DNA of 64,000 bases from Marsupella aquatica. Its lineage: Eukaryota > Plantae > Marchantiophyta. Shown one piece after another: positions 11,571-24,718 of the stretch (positions are counted from its first letter, which is position 1; every line of letters begins with the position of its first letter). The DNA lies in NCBI GenBank assembly GCA_973895155.1, contig OZ316891.1, positions 4,260,018 to 4,324,017 of the forward strand, in the 5' to 3' direction. The position numbers and the translations under genes were made by a program. Below the pieces are notes generated by a model, which was not told the origin of the DNA, searched no databases, and saw only the letters and a list, made by a program, of their open reading frames with translations.

Positions 11571-14135
11571 CTAGGTTTCTAGACAATAATTCCATGGTTC
11601 ATCATGTGAATGTAAACCTCATGACTATGATATATGAATGATAATCATGCATACTTTTTATCAAGATTTTTATTTGCATTAAAAAATGGTTCTATGCCCA
11701 CACTATAACATATGTGCATAGAAAAGAGTATGATATGTTATGAATGATTTCTAAAATGATGACATGCATGATGATTTTTTTATCATTCAAAGAATGTGAG
11801 TAAGGTATATATTTTGGTGATGTTTTATTGTCCTCCTCTCTATTCATGTTCCAAGAACGGGTAGTCGGGGCTAGTGGTGTAAGAGCCAACTCGCAAGTAG
11901 TAGCCCTCAACAATGCGGTCCTCAGCACATGGAAACAATAGGGAAAAAGCAGATCTTGTTTGACAACAATATGTACTGAAATCTGCTTCCCTGCTTCCCA
12001 AAAACGGCACAGTTGACAATAGCTGTACACTGTCATTTTTGTTTTATTCTAAAGGCAGAGTTCGGGACCTTAAGGGCCCTTGGGTCTCCACAAGAGATGT
12101 TGTCGGGCCTGCTTGACGAGGGCTTATAGCATGAAAGTCTCACTTTGTATTTCTCAAGCCAGGAGGAGGCGTTAGTAAATGGAATTCCAAAACCTAGTGA
12201 GGGCTGGCCAGACAAAAAATGTCTCTCACCTGGACAGCATATAAACATATTCCCTCTCTCATTGGTCGAGTGAATGACATGGTTGTCTCTTCAGGTTGAA
12301 GTTGTTTCTTCGAATCCCTCCTCTTACTCACTACCCCTTTGAGACACAAAATTAAAAATTACTCCCTTTTCTATTGCCGATGAAAGGAAAGGGTCTCTAT
12401 AGGTTCAACTCCTTTCCCTACCTCTCTCTCCCTCCAAAATACTCTAGAACAGTTGTGAAGAGTAGTATTGGAACACTTTGCTGAGATTCGATCTGAGTTG
12501 CAAACGTATATCAGAGCATTTTGGACAACATTGGATACCTTCAGATAGGGGGGTTCCTTTGAATAAGGGAAAACCAGGCTGACTCTGGCTAAACAGTCTG
12601 TGGGTTTGGCAGTCCATCCAAACATCTTGTGAGATGTTGTAGTCTAGGGGACCTTCATTATCTTGGTTTACAGTATAATTTTGAATAAGATGTCGTACGG
12701 ACACACATCCATACACAACTCACATCGCGGCACACCATGTAAACAAGAAAACAAATAATCACACGACACACAACACATGTATGCCAAAATCCATAATCGC
12801 CCCCCTAGCTGGTGGTTAGGTCCCGCTAACTACAACTAGCCCAAAAACTAGAAGGAAGTATACACCTTTTGGGTACACAAATCAAGAGGTCGGGTGCAAA
12901 GGAGCCCCATCGTTAATCGTCTGCCTACAATCTATACTGCCTAATGAGTTTTGTGCTAACTAAAGCCACTCTCTATCTACAATTGGGACACAACCACCGT
13001 CCTTCAGGGACTAAATCAAGAGGTGGCGTCAAACACGCTGTCGGGGGAATCTTTAGTTCTTGGGAAGCACCGAGCTCTTGTTTTTCCTATCTTGGAAGAA
13101 ACCTTTCAAAAATACGTCTTTTCTCACCTCATATTACCCTTGCAATCCCCTTTGTCGATCAATTTCTCTCACCGTTATCCTCTAAAATATCTCTCACAGC
13201 CTTTGTCCCACTCTACGATGAGCGGCTTCCTCACACTAAGCCTCGAATCGGCCTATCTTCTTTCCACATAACTTACTTCCCAAGTCAAGTCATAGATTGC
13301 AATTTCCAACGAATCCTACAATTAGATAAGTCAATTATAGAAAATAAAGACTATGATCTTAAGATTTACCATAGATGATATAATCACAGGCTCTGGCATC
13401 CTAAGCATAACATTGTATCTTTCATCTCCATACTTTCTAACTAAAACATCTCTACGGCATACCACTCTAATGTCAATAGATGAAGGAAAATCAGACACAT
13501 TATTAGGAAGCCTATTCAAATCTAACTCCGGTACATTTACGGATTGTCTATTAAAATCCATCTAATATAAAATAAAAATAGTTACATTCCATTCATTTCC
13601 ATAAACAACAATCGGGTATACAAATAGCGGGACAAATGATGCATCGCTATTCATAACTGTTTCCATTAACTCAAACCCAAAATGATAAAGAAGATGCATT
13701 CTCATGGTATGCTTGCTAAGACAATGAATTCTAATTAAAAAAGGATTGACAAATGGCACAGCAGGTGGGGGATAAACTCTAGGTACTCCATTTATCATAT
13801 TATTCATTACAAGCACACTAAATTGATCTCAAGACTAATAAACATAAAACATAAAATAGTTCTAAGGCTAACAATCAAGTTAGTACCCAAGCATGGAGGT
13901 AAATAATAAACAAGACATGTGCACAAGAGGAGAAGAGTTTCTTACAGTGTTGCGAGTCCGACATGATAGATCAAACAAATGCGAATGAGGAGAGTGTGCT
14001 CCTCTTCACTTTATTTATAGCGGGATTTATAGTGCCCCTTTGTGTTTTCCAAGAGGGCATGGATCGATGCCTTGACCCTTGGATGGAAGCCAAGTGGCAA
14101 GCATCAAGCACCTATAAGTGTGCTAGTACTATTCA

Positions 14136-14356
14136 TAGTTGGTGGAACTACCGTGCGTAGTTGGTGGAATTATTACGTGTAATTGGTGGAACTACTATAC
14201 GTAATTGGTGCAACTACTATGCGTAGTTGGTGAAACTACTATACGTAATTGGTGCAACTATTATGCGTAGTTGGTGAAACTACTATGCGTAATTGGTGGA
14301 ATTACTATGCATCTAGTTTGTAAAACTACTATGCGTAAATGGTGGAACTACTGTGT
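14136..14356. repeat. 22-bp tandem repeat array, about 10 copies
   Basis: Consensus TAGTTGGTGGAACTACTATGCG repeated with point variants. Confidence 0.9.
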
Positions 14357-14502
14357 ACCATTATAAAATGTACATACTACATATAGAATGTAACATATAT
14401 GCTCTAATAGTACTACTATGAAGCTTTTAAGTAAAACCCTCTTCACATAAACTCAAATAACATAATATGGATTCTTGCCTTCTAAAAAGAATCCCCATGA
14501 CA

Positions 14503-17400
14503 ACGCTAAGTGCCAACCTCTTGAGCAACCATCACAAATCAACATGGTTGCAGCTTCACGGGCGGATCCACACAACATGCATCATAAGCCTACAGGTATC
14601 ACTACTAGACTAGGATCTATGCTATCATCAATGTTTGGAAGTCAGGTGACAAGGTTCACAGTTGCACACATGATCCTTCCAAACCATACCATCACGACCT
14701 TCTAAAACCAGAATGCCTGATGGCAAAACTTTCTGCACTCGTAGAATAGTACGTCCGTCAGTGACATCCAAAGTAGTAGGTGCTGTCTGTTGCAGATACA
14801 CATAGTCTCCAGAATGAAATTGTCTGATGCTAGGGCGATATCCTCCTCCCCAAATAGTGGCATACCTCAAAGTATCCCGATGCTGCGCAATAGCTAAGTT
14901 CTCAAATGTCATGGGCATCACTCTCCAAAACAAGTCTGCCCATTGAGAACAAGCTCGCATCCACATGTCACGGTCATCCAACTGCAACACCTCAATAACC
15001 TCTCTTTGAATGGCTGTTGGCAACACTGGCTCCCTACCATAGAGCAGCAAATATGGTGAAAAGGATGCAAGAGATGCTTGCCTACTGAATCGATATCCCA
15101 TCGCTAACCATGGTAGCTGGATATCCCAATCATTCACGTGACCCTTTTGCAAGCCATACTTCCATAATCCTCTCTTTACTATTTGGACAACTCTCTCTGC
15201 CAATCCATCTGCCTGTGGATGATCCCTAGACGTCGTACTGTGATCAATCAATGCTTGATCACACAAGGCATGAAAATCTCCACGAAACTCAGTCCCCTGG
15301 TCAGTCAAAACCTCAACAGGAGCACCAAAATGGCTCAATACACGATCCAAAAAGGCATAGGCAACTCCTTCACTACCTTTATCTGGCAATGCAACCAACT
15401 CAATCCATTTAGAAAAGTGCTCCACCATCACTAAGGCATAACGGTTGTGACGTCTAGTCAGTGGTAAGGGTCCAGCAAAATCTAAACTCCAACGATATCC
15501 CAAGCCCATAATCGGCAAGGGATGCAGCTGCGGGGTAGGAGCATTAAATGATGCTCTCACTCTATCACACATAGTACACTGCACCACAAATTGCTGCACC
15601 TCAGCATGCATTCCACGCCACCAATACTGGGTCTAGAGTAAGCTGTAGGTCCGCTTCACTCCAAAATGTCCAAGCTCTTCATGAGCATGTTGCACCAATC
15701 GTGCACGCTGGGATAAAGGAGATACCAATCGCACTCTGCCATCATTCCAAACTCTCAACAAGTGAGATCCTTCCCATCTAAACCTCTTAGCTCGTTGTAG
15801 GATCCGATCTCTCTCCTTGGCAGTTACCATGCCTGGCATGCTGCCCGTGCGCAGATACATCACAACATCTGCATCATCATGAATATCATGGCCAACATAC
15901 TCCTCACTAGAAATCTTTGGATCCACAAAGTCTGCATTGGGCCTCTCCAATGATGTCACTGCACCAAGACCATCCACACTTTGCAACAAGCACAAATAAA
16001 TAAAAGCATGCCAACCTGGCACCATCTCCTCGTCTGCCTCATCATGCCAACGTGCTCCTATCAAATCCCTCTGGCTCGGGCAGGGATTGCGACTCAATCC
16101 ATCAGCATCCTGATGTAAGTGACCAGGTCTATGCAAGACCTCAAAATCATACTCCTGAAGTATGAGTGCCCAACGAGCAAGCTTACCAGTAAGCTTGTCT
16201 GACTCCATCAACCATTTGAGTGGTTGATGATCTGTAACAAGAGTGAAGGGGTTACCAACAAGTAACATCGAAAATGAGCCACTACCCACACTACAGCCAA
16301 GCATTCTCCCTCATAGGAGCCATACTTTGATTCTGCAATGTTATTCGATCGACTGGCATATGCTACCACAAACTCCCTTCCCTCATCATCCTGCTGAGTG
16401 AGCACTACCCCCAAGTTCCAGCATGCTTCAATCAGTATGTAACCTAAATGGACGCCCCCTGATAGATCTCCTCAAGATGGGCGCTGATGTGAGCTTCTCC
16501 TTCATCTGATGGAAAGCTCTATCTTGATCATCACCCCGGGCATCACCCCACTGCCACTCATGGTCCAGTCTCGTAAGTAACGTCAAAGGTTTTGCAATTG
16601 CACTGAATCCTTTCACATACCTTCGGTAGAAGTTTGCAAGCCCCAAAAATGCTCGGACTCTACTCATATCTGTAGGTTGAGGGATGCCAACAATTGCCTC
16701 CACCTTTGTCTGCTGCACACCCAATCCACCTGGATAAATGGTATGCCCTAAATATGCAATCTGGTCATGGAAGAACTTACATTTGCCAGGATGCAGCTTC
16801 AATCCATGTTCTCTCAACCGCTCAAACACCTGCTGCAAATGTATAGCATGCTCCTCCATAGTATCACTATAGACAATAATGTCATCAATATAACATTTGG
16901 CAAAATCCAGGTCTGCCAAAATCTGATCCATGACCCTTTGAAACTCAACTGGTGCATTCTTCAATCCAAACGGTAAGAATAGCCACTGATACAACACATC
17001 CTTCCCATGAGCATCAATCCCCCAGAATGTTGTCTTCTACCTGTCACCAATCTTGATAGGCAGCTGGTGATATCCAGCCCTGAGATCCAATGTGCTAAAC
17101 ACTCTCGCATGCCCAATGATATCAAATATTTCCTCCGGTGTTGGCATGGCATACCTGTCAGACTTAGTCTGCCGATTAATTGGATGATAGTCTCCACACA
17201 TCCTTCTGTCAGTCCAATTGCCATGCATATCCTTCTTTGCTGGCATCATAGTGGCAGAAGCATACTCACCAAATGACTTCTCCACAAGTCCTGGTGCCAA
17301 CAAATCCTGGCACCTTGCCTGAATCAGTGCCCTCTCCATATCTGAATACCGATATGGTCTCTGAAAGATGGGAGTATCAACTGCCAAATCTATCCGGATG
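14503..17400 (-). pseudogene. Gypsy pol RT-RNaseH-integrase plus truncated C-terminal PHD finger
   Basis: ORF fragments 17037-17387, 16428-16997, 16208-16414, 15633-16304 and 14628-15611 are separated by stops and frameshifts. After integrase the minus strand reads CMLCGSAREAATMLICDGCSRGWHL (PHD C4-H), then homology stops. Confidence 0.9.
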
Positions 17401-17779
17401 CCTGGTCCCTATAACATGCCCAAATCCTCCATGCTGAAAGCAAAATAATTTCCATAACTCCATAGAAACTATCATACACGTCGTCTCTCACCTCTAGTGA
17501 TCTTGGGGCCAGTAGTTGGCTCCCAACTGTCAATGGTAACCTCGGCAAAAGGTGCAGAGAGCGCCAACTATGGTTGTATTGCTACAACCTCTCAAGCAGC
17601 AATACCATGCTGCTACAAAAAAGAAAGCCCATTGGCCTCTCCACTGACTCCCCATGAAGTCCAGGGATGACGATCTGTGGCACTGTTGCCCCCTGCTCTG
17701 AATGCTAAGGACCCAAGAGAGGAAGAGCATCCATGTGGAGGTGTCATAGATGATTGTAACCGGCGCTGCTCTGCCAAGG

Positions 17780-19407
17780 CTACGCTCACAATCCAAGTCA
17801 AACAATTAAGATCCATAGCCTGACCCAGATTGTGACGGCGTGCTGCTTCAGTCACTGAGGGTACTGCTGTGGGGCGAGTCTGAAATCCCATAGCACGCTC
17901 ACACTCATCAGCAGTAGGTTCCGTCAGCTCCCTATGGTGGGAATCCCAAATTAACCCCGGTCCACCATTACGGTAAGCATATGATGAGGGGAAACTCACC
18001 AAAGTGGGTAGTGCTGCACGGGGCTGACCAACCCGGTTCACCACTGCCAATGGGGAGCAATCATCGTGACGCACCAATTGTGCATGCCGTCCAACATCCA
18101 AAATGCGGTCCACAGTGAGCCCAACAGGCCGCACAATGTGCTGATATGCCCTCCGCAAAACCTCAAGCGGCATCAAGTTGGTCCACCATAATCGTGGACG
18201 ATGTGCTGTCGATCCAACACTAGCAACATCTAAAAAAACAGCAGGTCCTAACTAGGACCTCACTTGGTGCATACTAGCCACCATCTGTGACCAAGTATCA
18301 CCCAACAAGGGAACATTCTCTAGAATGTAGGCAGGAGAGACATGCTGCTACACCTGTAAAAACCTCATGACACGCAGCATCTCCCAAAACATGTGAGAAC
18401 GATGGTCTTTGAGACCAGATCCTGTCCCAGGGAAAGCAGCTGTCCAGGGCTTGGGCTTGAAGAAGGCTGAGGTGGCGCCTTGCCCATTTCAGATTCATAC
18501 ATCTCTTGGTGTCCAAGAGAAGGCACAGCACATGATGCGAGACAACCTTAGTGTGAGGTTAAATCCCCACCGCACTGGAGATGACTCTACCTTGAAGGTG
18601 AAAGCCGTTGTCACACCTGTAGAGTCTTATGATGTTTTGGTAGGGAGAGCCGTACTCTACCCCATGGGCTTTGTGTTAGATTACTGGCAAGAAACTGTTC
18701 ACTATCGACCAAGATGGCAGTCTGGTGATGGTAGGAAGTGTGAGTTACCAGTCCACTACTTTCTGCGTCGGACTGAGCCGTCACCAGAGCAGATGATTAG
18801 TTTGTCAGCTTGTGCTGGAGCTATCACCTGGCCAGGTGATCTCTTGGAGGGTAATGCCCATGCTGCAGACATCCCCGTAGCAGAGCAATTGCACGACTCC
18901 TCAGGTAACCGCAGCATTCCCATTGTCCCACAGGTATGGGGTTCCACTCCTGAGTTACAGCAGCATGCTGATTCATATATACAGGTAGCATGATGTGCAC
19001 CATTTTCCCCTTTAGCGGAGCCACCTGTGGTAGATGGCATTCCCAGGTTGATCACTGTGTCCCCGATGGACATCGCTCCCATTTTGTGGACATACCCTAC
19101 TGAGGGTATTCGCTTGTTGGAATTGTTTGGTGGCATGAGCACTGGTTTAGCTGCTATCTTACATGTTGGCATTAGAGTGTAGCAGTATCTCTATGTGGAG
19201 CGCAATGACACAGCCCAACGTGTCTCATTGCGTCATGTTGCTCAGTTACATCAGTAGTTCCCTGATTTGTTGCCTCTATCAGCTATCAGAGGTTATCAAC
19301 ACGCTTTGCCAATAAACATCTCACTTTTGGGGGCACCGGATTTAGTAAGCATTGGTGCGATTCACCTTGTTATTGCTGGTTGGCCATGCCAGGGCCATTC
19401 CTCTGCT
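17780..19407 (-). pseudogene. C5-cytosine DNA methyltransferase domain (DNMT3-like) within Gypsy pol; N-terminal half inverted onto the + strand
   Basis: Motif I IRLLELFGG (+, ~19108), motif IV VIAGWPCQGHS (+, ~19370-19401), then on minus GTGSGLKDHRSHMFWEMLR, motif VI YILENV (~18320), motif VIII AHRPRLWWTNL (~18190), motif IX ERAMGF and motif X LGQAMDLN. Confidence 0.88.
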
Positions 19408-20541
19408 AGCATGAGAGGTTGTGCACCTGAATCCAACAATACACGGGGTGGCACATACACTGTGCCACTAGGGCCAACCAATGTAAAAACACCAGCACGG
19501 TTGTCCACCACAACCACACCGGGAGTCACAGCACTCCGATCAATGGCTGGTCTAGCAGGGAGCTCACTCAATCGAGTAGCAGAAGCTTGCCAAGAAGTCT
19601 TAGCATCTCTCAACAAAGAATGGCTGGACCATGTGGCATTGGGGCCAACCGATGGACTAGCTGTGTCACAGCTAGATGCCAAAACTGCTCCAGTATCATA
19701 CAATGCAGCTGCCTGGCGCAACACATCCGCAACAGGAACTCCAAGAGAAGATAATTGAGTAGAAGAAAACAATAGAACCTGACACAAGGCTCTAGCCGCC
19801 CCCAACGCTGGGCTAGTGACCATGTCAGAATCAATGTTGGGTGGTCCCATGTGACCACGAGAGTGGACAGAAGGTCCACTACTGTCAACAATGGGTGCCA
19901 TAGTAGAAGTCCGTGCAGTATCCATCAATGTAACACTCTATGGTAATCTCTGTTGCTGGCCTCCCCTCGTTGTGGATCCAGCTCCACGGCAGCACCTTGT
20001 GGCTCAACAACCCTAGCCACTACTCTAGTGACAGCTGCACCACTGTCTAATTGTGCAACACCACACATGTAATCCAAGTCACTCAATCCAAGAGCAATCT
20101 ATGAACTATCCATGGTGCGGGAACTAGAGGCCTCACCGTTGCTAGGGGCCCGCAATGCCAAAGGCTGCTGCCAACTGTTTCTCCAACTCTTGGATCCTGG
20201 TGGCTACTGCAGGATTGGTGGTCTGTGCACCGGCTACAGGGACTACCCTGTCACCTCCACGACCAGGGCGGGGGCCTCCATGACCTCTAGGAGGAACTCT
20301 CCTACGGGCAGCACCAAAACGCATCTCTAGATGCAGCTCAAAACACCTGTCAACAGTATGCTCATCTTGGTGACAATGGTCACAACGCCTAAGATCAGGT
20401 TGTCTAGGGGCAACTCCGCCCGGCTTTGCACGTGGTGGACCCTTCTGATCAGGGCAATCACGTTGGTTATGAGGTCCCTTACAGCTCCAACACTCCACCT
20501 GAGTGGCATAAGAGGGCTAAAAGGGACGTTGGGGTGTTGCT

Positions 20542-20799
20542 GCCTCGGGGGGGTCACTTCCATGGAAGTGGCATATCATGTGCGACGAAGTATAGGGCCA
20601 TTTAAATAGTTTTGGCGGAAGACTTATTAAGCCTTCTATGGAAATATAGGGTTGTTTAATTGCAAAATGCATACGTGTCATCACATGATTGGTGTCGTAC
20701 AATTTTCTAGAAAGTGACTTAGGGGGGTCATAAATGACCCAAACCGTCGCACGTGATGTATGACCCTTCATATAGTGACTCCCCCCCCCCCCGCGAGGC
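20542..20799. mobile_element. 258-bp MITE inserted in Gypsy gag, 7-bp TSD TGTTGCT
   Basis: Imperfect TIRs gcctcg(g)n-tcac...atcatgtgcgacg and cgtcgcacgtgat...gtgact(c)n-gcgaggc. TGTTGCT sits at 20535-20541 and 20800-20806. Removing it puts gag back in frame (SGRRAT|PQRPF*PSYATQVECWSC). Confidence 0.8.
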
Positions 20800-21879
20800 T
20801 GTTGCTCTCCTGCCACTAGCAATAGCACCACCGGGAGCATTGGGCTGTGCCCTCCCTGACACATTCCCCAATCGATGTGGCTACTGCCCACCAGATGGAC
20901 TAGCAGCACTGCCTCCAGGGGACTCCTTGCCAAATCCAAGGGTGACAACCTTCTCCTCTGACCGGTTCATGTCAATGGTATCAATCAGTCTATTCATTAA
21001 AACTGGAAAATTCTTTGATCTTTGGACATTTAGGCACCAGAAAATATATATTTGGGCACAAGAATTGTATATTTGGGCAGTGGGAGTTGTACATTTAGGC
21101 ACCAGATGTTGTACATTTGGGGGATCAAGATTGTACATAGGAGAAAATAAAATATTAATTTGGATTCTAAAGAAAAACATTTGGGTGATAATAATGTAAA
21201 ATATGTTGGATAAGAAGTAGAACTTACTTACATTGATTCAATTTGACTAATATAATATAAGTGTCTAGTAAAGCTTCAATATGAACTCTACCCATATAAC
21301 TAGTAAAGCTTCAAATAATATGATCTCTACCCATATAACTAGTAAAGCTTCAATATGATCTCTACCCTTAGCTAGCTAAATTAACCTTCTACTGAGAGCA
21401 TTTAATATATTAAATTTGAATGATACCTGGCTTACTATCCATTCAGACAAGTAATTTGTTATATTCTAAGCAACTCGAGTTGAAACTAAGGTTTACTACT
21501 AGACAGTACTAAGAGGCACTCACATCCTATCATGGATATTAAGACTTCATGTAATATATAGTCTGTATTGATATTATAAAGGTATCCAAGTCCAATTACT
21601 TCCACCTATTCAAACTAGTATCCCAAAATATTATAATAATTAGTTACTTAAATAGATATACTACTTAGTACTAACCAACAGTAAGTACTAAAGACATGTC
21701 TGATTCCAAACTAATTGACATAGACTCCCTCACTCTTACATGTCTAATTCCAAACTAAATGACATAGACTCCCTCACTTTGACAGAGTGACTACTTAAAA
21801 ACATTTGACCTACTCAACAATCCTTTCCATGTAGGTTTTGAGTGTTTTCAAAACATTCTTGGGAATGGTCAAACCTCTA

Positions 21880-24718
21880 TCAATTATATTTTCTTCTGGC
21901 AAATGGTTGACCTTCTGGTAAAATGAGAGCATTGGTGCTGGAATCAGTTCTCCAAATGGACCTTCCGGTTGGAGGGTACCAAGGTTGTTTCACATGTGCT
22001 TTGTATTGATATATTGGAACATTATCTCTCATAGAGAAAAGAAATGCCACTGGTTTTGAGTGACCCTCTATGTCTTTTACCTTGAAAGTTTTCAAAAACT
22101 CTTTGTAAGCTGCAACCTCTTGGATCAACCATGGGACAGGATGAATGCTTTCACACTCCCAAACCTCAGCCATCAACCCCAAGAGGGTAGAAACCTCCTT
22201 GTACTTCACTTGGTTGGATACTTTCGAAAACAATGCATCGACATCCTCATGGGTGTGACCAACCATGAGAAACAACATCTGCACTGTTTCAAAAATCCCT
22301 CTACTAACAAGCTCACTGCAAAATGCCATCACGTACTGGGTTTTGTTATCTTTCCCTGAATTATCCATTTGCAAGGTCAGGTGCCTTGGCAATGGTTTGA
22401 AAGAGGTAGACGTAGCCTTGGGATCAACACCAAAGTCGTCTTGGTCATCTTCAGCTCCTTGAAATCTAGCAATTGAGACTTTTTTGGGTTCTAAGTAACC
22501 TGCAAGAAATGCTTCAAAGTCCAAAAGAGATTGAAAAATTGGCCTCATTGCAGCCCAATATAATCCTTCAAGGAGGTCTCCAGATTTGTCCCCCTTGTAA
22601 CCCTCCAGATCTCTAAGGCACTTGGCCAATGATGTCACTGTGAAGTCTGCATCTCCCGGCCAAAGCCCAGTGAAACTGAAGTGAGCATACACTTCGGGAT
22701 CCCTTCCATGGGTCAACATCCCAGTGAGCGCAATGGGGAGCGGTTGACCACTACCAGACAATGATTTAGGAGTGGGGACCAACCTAGGGATCCATGTCTT
22801 GGCCTGGTCCATCTTGTCATGTATAATGCAAAGATAGTTTTCAGGATCCTTCTTCGCAAGAACCCTATGAGCATAGTAAACATATCTCCTAGACATTTGC
22901 TCACGAAGATGGCGAGCTCTTCTTTCCTCAATCTCTAAACGCTCTTTCTTTCTCTTCTCTCGCATCAACTGATCTTTGAACTCAGTGCAAAGTGTACACT
23001 TTGCAAATGCACTTCCCTTGTGAAAGTCAAAATTCATGAAGGACTCACTCCAGAGTTTATACATAGTGTTTTCACTCACCTTCACGTAGCCATCTAATTC
23101 CATTTTTGAGTATACCTCCTCAAAAATCTCTTTCTTCGTGAAACAAGATGGAAGTCTGTACTCAACCGTGTCAGTCCCATGAGACCCTCCATAGGGAAGA
23201 TGCGGCATGGGTTCTCCGTTTTGGGTTAGAATGGACTCCAACAAAGCACGAGCATGCAAGGTGCTTCCCCGTGTCTTGTGTGAACCCTTGTTTCCGTGGA
23301 ATCCAACCGTGCAACCTACTTCATATTGATTTTTGTAATCATAATACTTGCCAGTGCTAAATCCATGCATTTTAATAAATGCACCCTTGCAAACAAGTCT
23401 ACTTCTTACAACAAAATATCCTTTTGTCTCCACTTCCTTCTCCCTATAGCCAAAAAGAGTGAGAATGTGACTGGTTTTGTTGTCGCTTGACATCCCATGG
23501 TATTCCCTCATCGCATGTAGGTCTTCTCTCGGCATGCTGAGGCAACACTTCAACTTACAACAACCTTCTCTTTGGATGGAGTCGATTTCCTCCTCTATGA
23601 TTTTCAGTATCGCCTGAGACTCCAAGTGCTTCTTCCTTTTTTCATCTGGGTTGACCTTCGTTCTTTTGATGAAATTATAAGGGCGCTTCAAAAACTCAGT
23701 GTCACCTTTCATATCTACCTCTAGATGATCTCGACCATCAATAATTGGTTTCGGAGAAACCTCTTCAATGAGATCCAGAAGAAAAATACCCCTTGATATC
23801 AGCAAAAGTGAATGGACGGCCCACCTAACAAGACCAGACACTCTTGGGGAGATATTTGGGAAAAATAGAGGGTCAATCACGCGTGTGACAGCAACCCCAA
23901 TGTGATCTGGTCCAAGAACATCATCATCAATTGCACCTGACTTGAAAGGAACTGTGATGATGCCACCCCCCACTTTGGTCCGATTATCCTCAGCATACAA
24001 TTCCACCTCCTCGGTCATCCAATTAGAACGCGAACTATAATCCTTGAAATTATAATTTGAAAAAATATCCCGTGTGGACAGGTTGTTTAGCATTTCCTGG
24101 GAAGAACTCCTCCGAGTAACATCCTTTAAATTCCATAATACAAATGTGTCCAATGCTTCCTGAACGGTATCGGCTCCATTGTGAGGAAAGGGTAACATCT
24201 CCCTTCCTTGAGAAACTTCACATATTTTTCACACTAATCCTATAAGTGCCAAGTCTTTCATTGTGACAGGTCTCATCGGGATTTGTCTTGAACACAAATC
24301 CACGAGCCACAATCTGATTGCCGATCCAGAGCTCGACTTCATCGCTAGATATAATTGAGTCTCCAAAACTTCCCACCAAAGATTTGTATGGTACAAAACC
24401 GGGAACCGTATCCTTTGTAGAACAAGAGGCATCCATTTGTGTTGTCGCTGGAGTTGACTGTGACTTCAAATATGCAAAAGAGGCATCCCAAATAATGCAG
24501 GAGTCGACAGCATCAAACAGGGTCCTGATCGGCGGCAAAGGGTAAGGAATTTCCCGTGATCCCTCATAGCACTTCTCAATGAGAACTCCTATACGATTAC
24601 TTCCCAAATCAACATTACGCATTGAGTCACCCGGGTCAACCTTGAGGACGGTCCCGCAAGCAACTTCCACTCCGTTGATTATGAGGCAAACCTTGTCCCC
24701 TCGAAAGAAAATCCCCAT
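21880..24718 (-). CDS. Sola-like DDD transposase (DUF7869-type core) with three N-terminal repeated beta-rich domains; one frameshift near 24220
   Basis: Motifs GCCKLKCC, VCKGAF, AKCTLC, catalytic-like IHDKMDQAK, LQMDNSGKDNK and FLMVGHTHEDVDALFS. Upstream ORF 24218-24904 (likely ATG 24718) continues into the 772-aa ORF. Confidence 0.8.

Noticed and set aside
11378-12800. 3' LTR of the Gypsy element (starts TGTAAC)
   Set aside because: No similarity found to the candidate 5' LTR at 33980-34237, and the flanks (ATGGG vs ATGGT) do not match exactly.
14136-14356. CRISPR-like array
   Set aside because: Units are contiguous with no unique spacers, there are no cas genes, and the context is eukaryotic.
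18409-19758. Independent plus-strand genes inside the retrotransposon
   Set aside because: Explained by the inversion of pol sequence plus antisense read-through.
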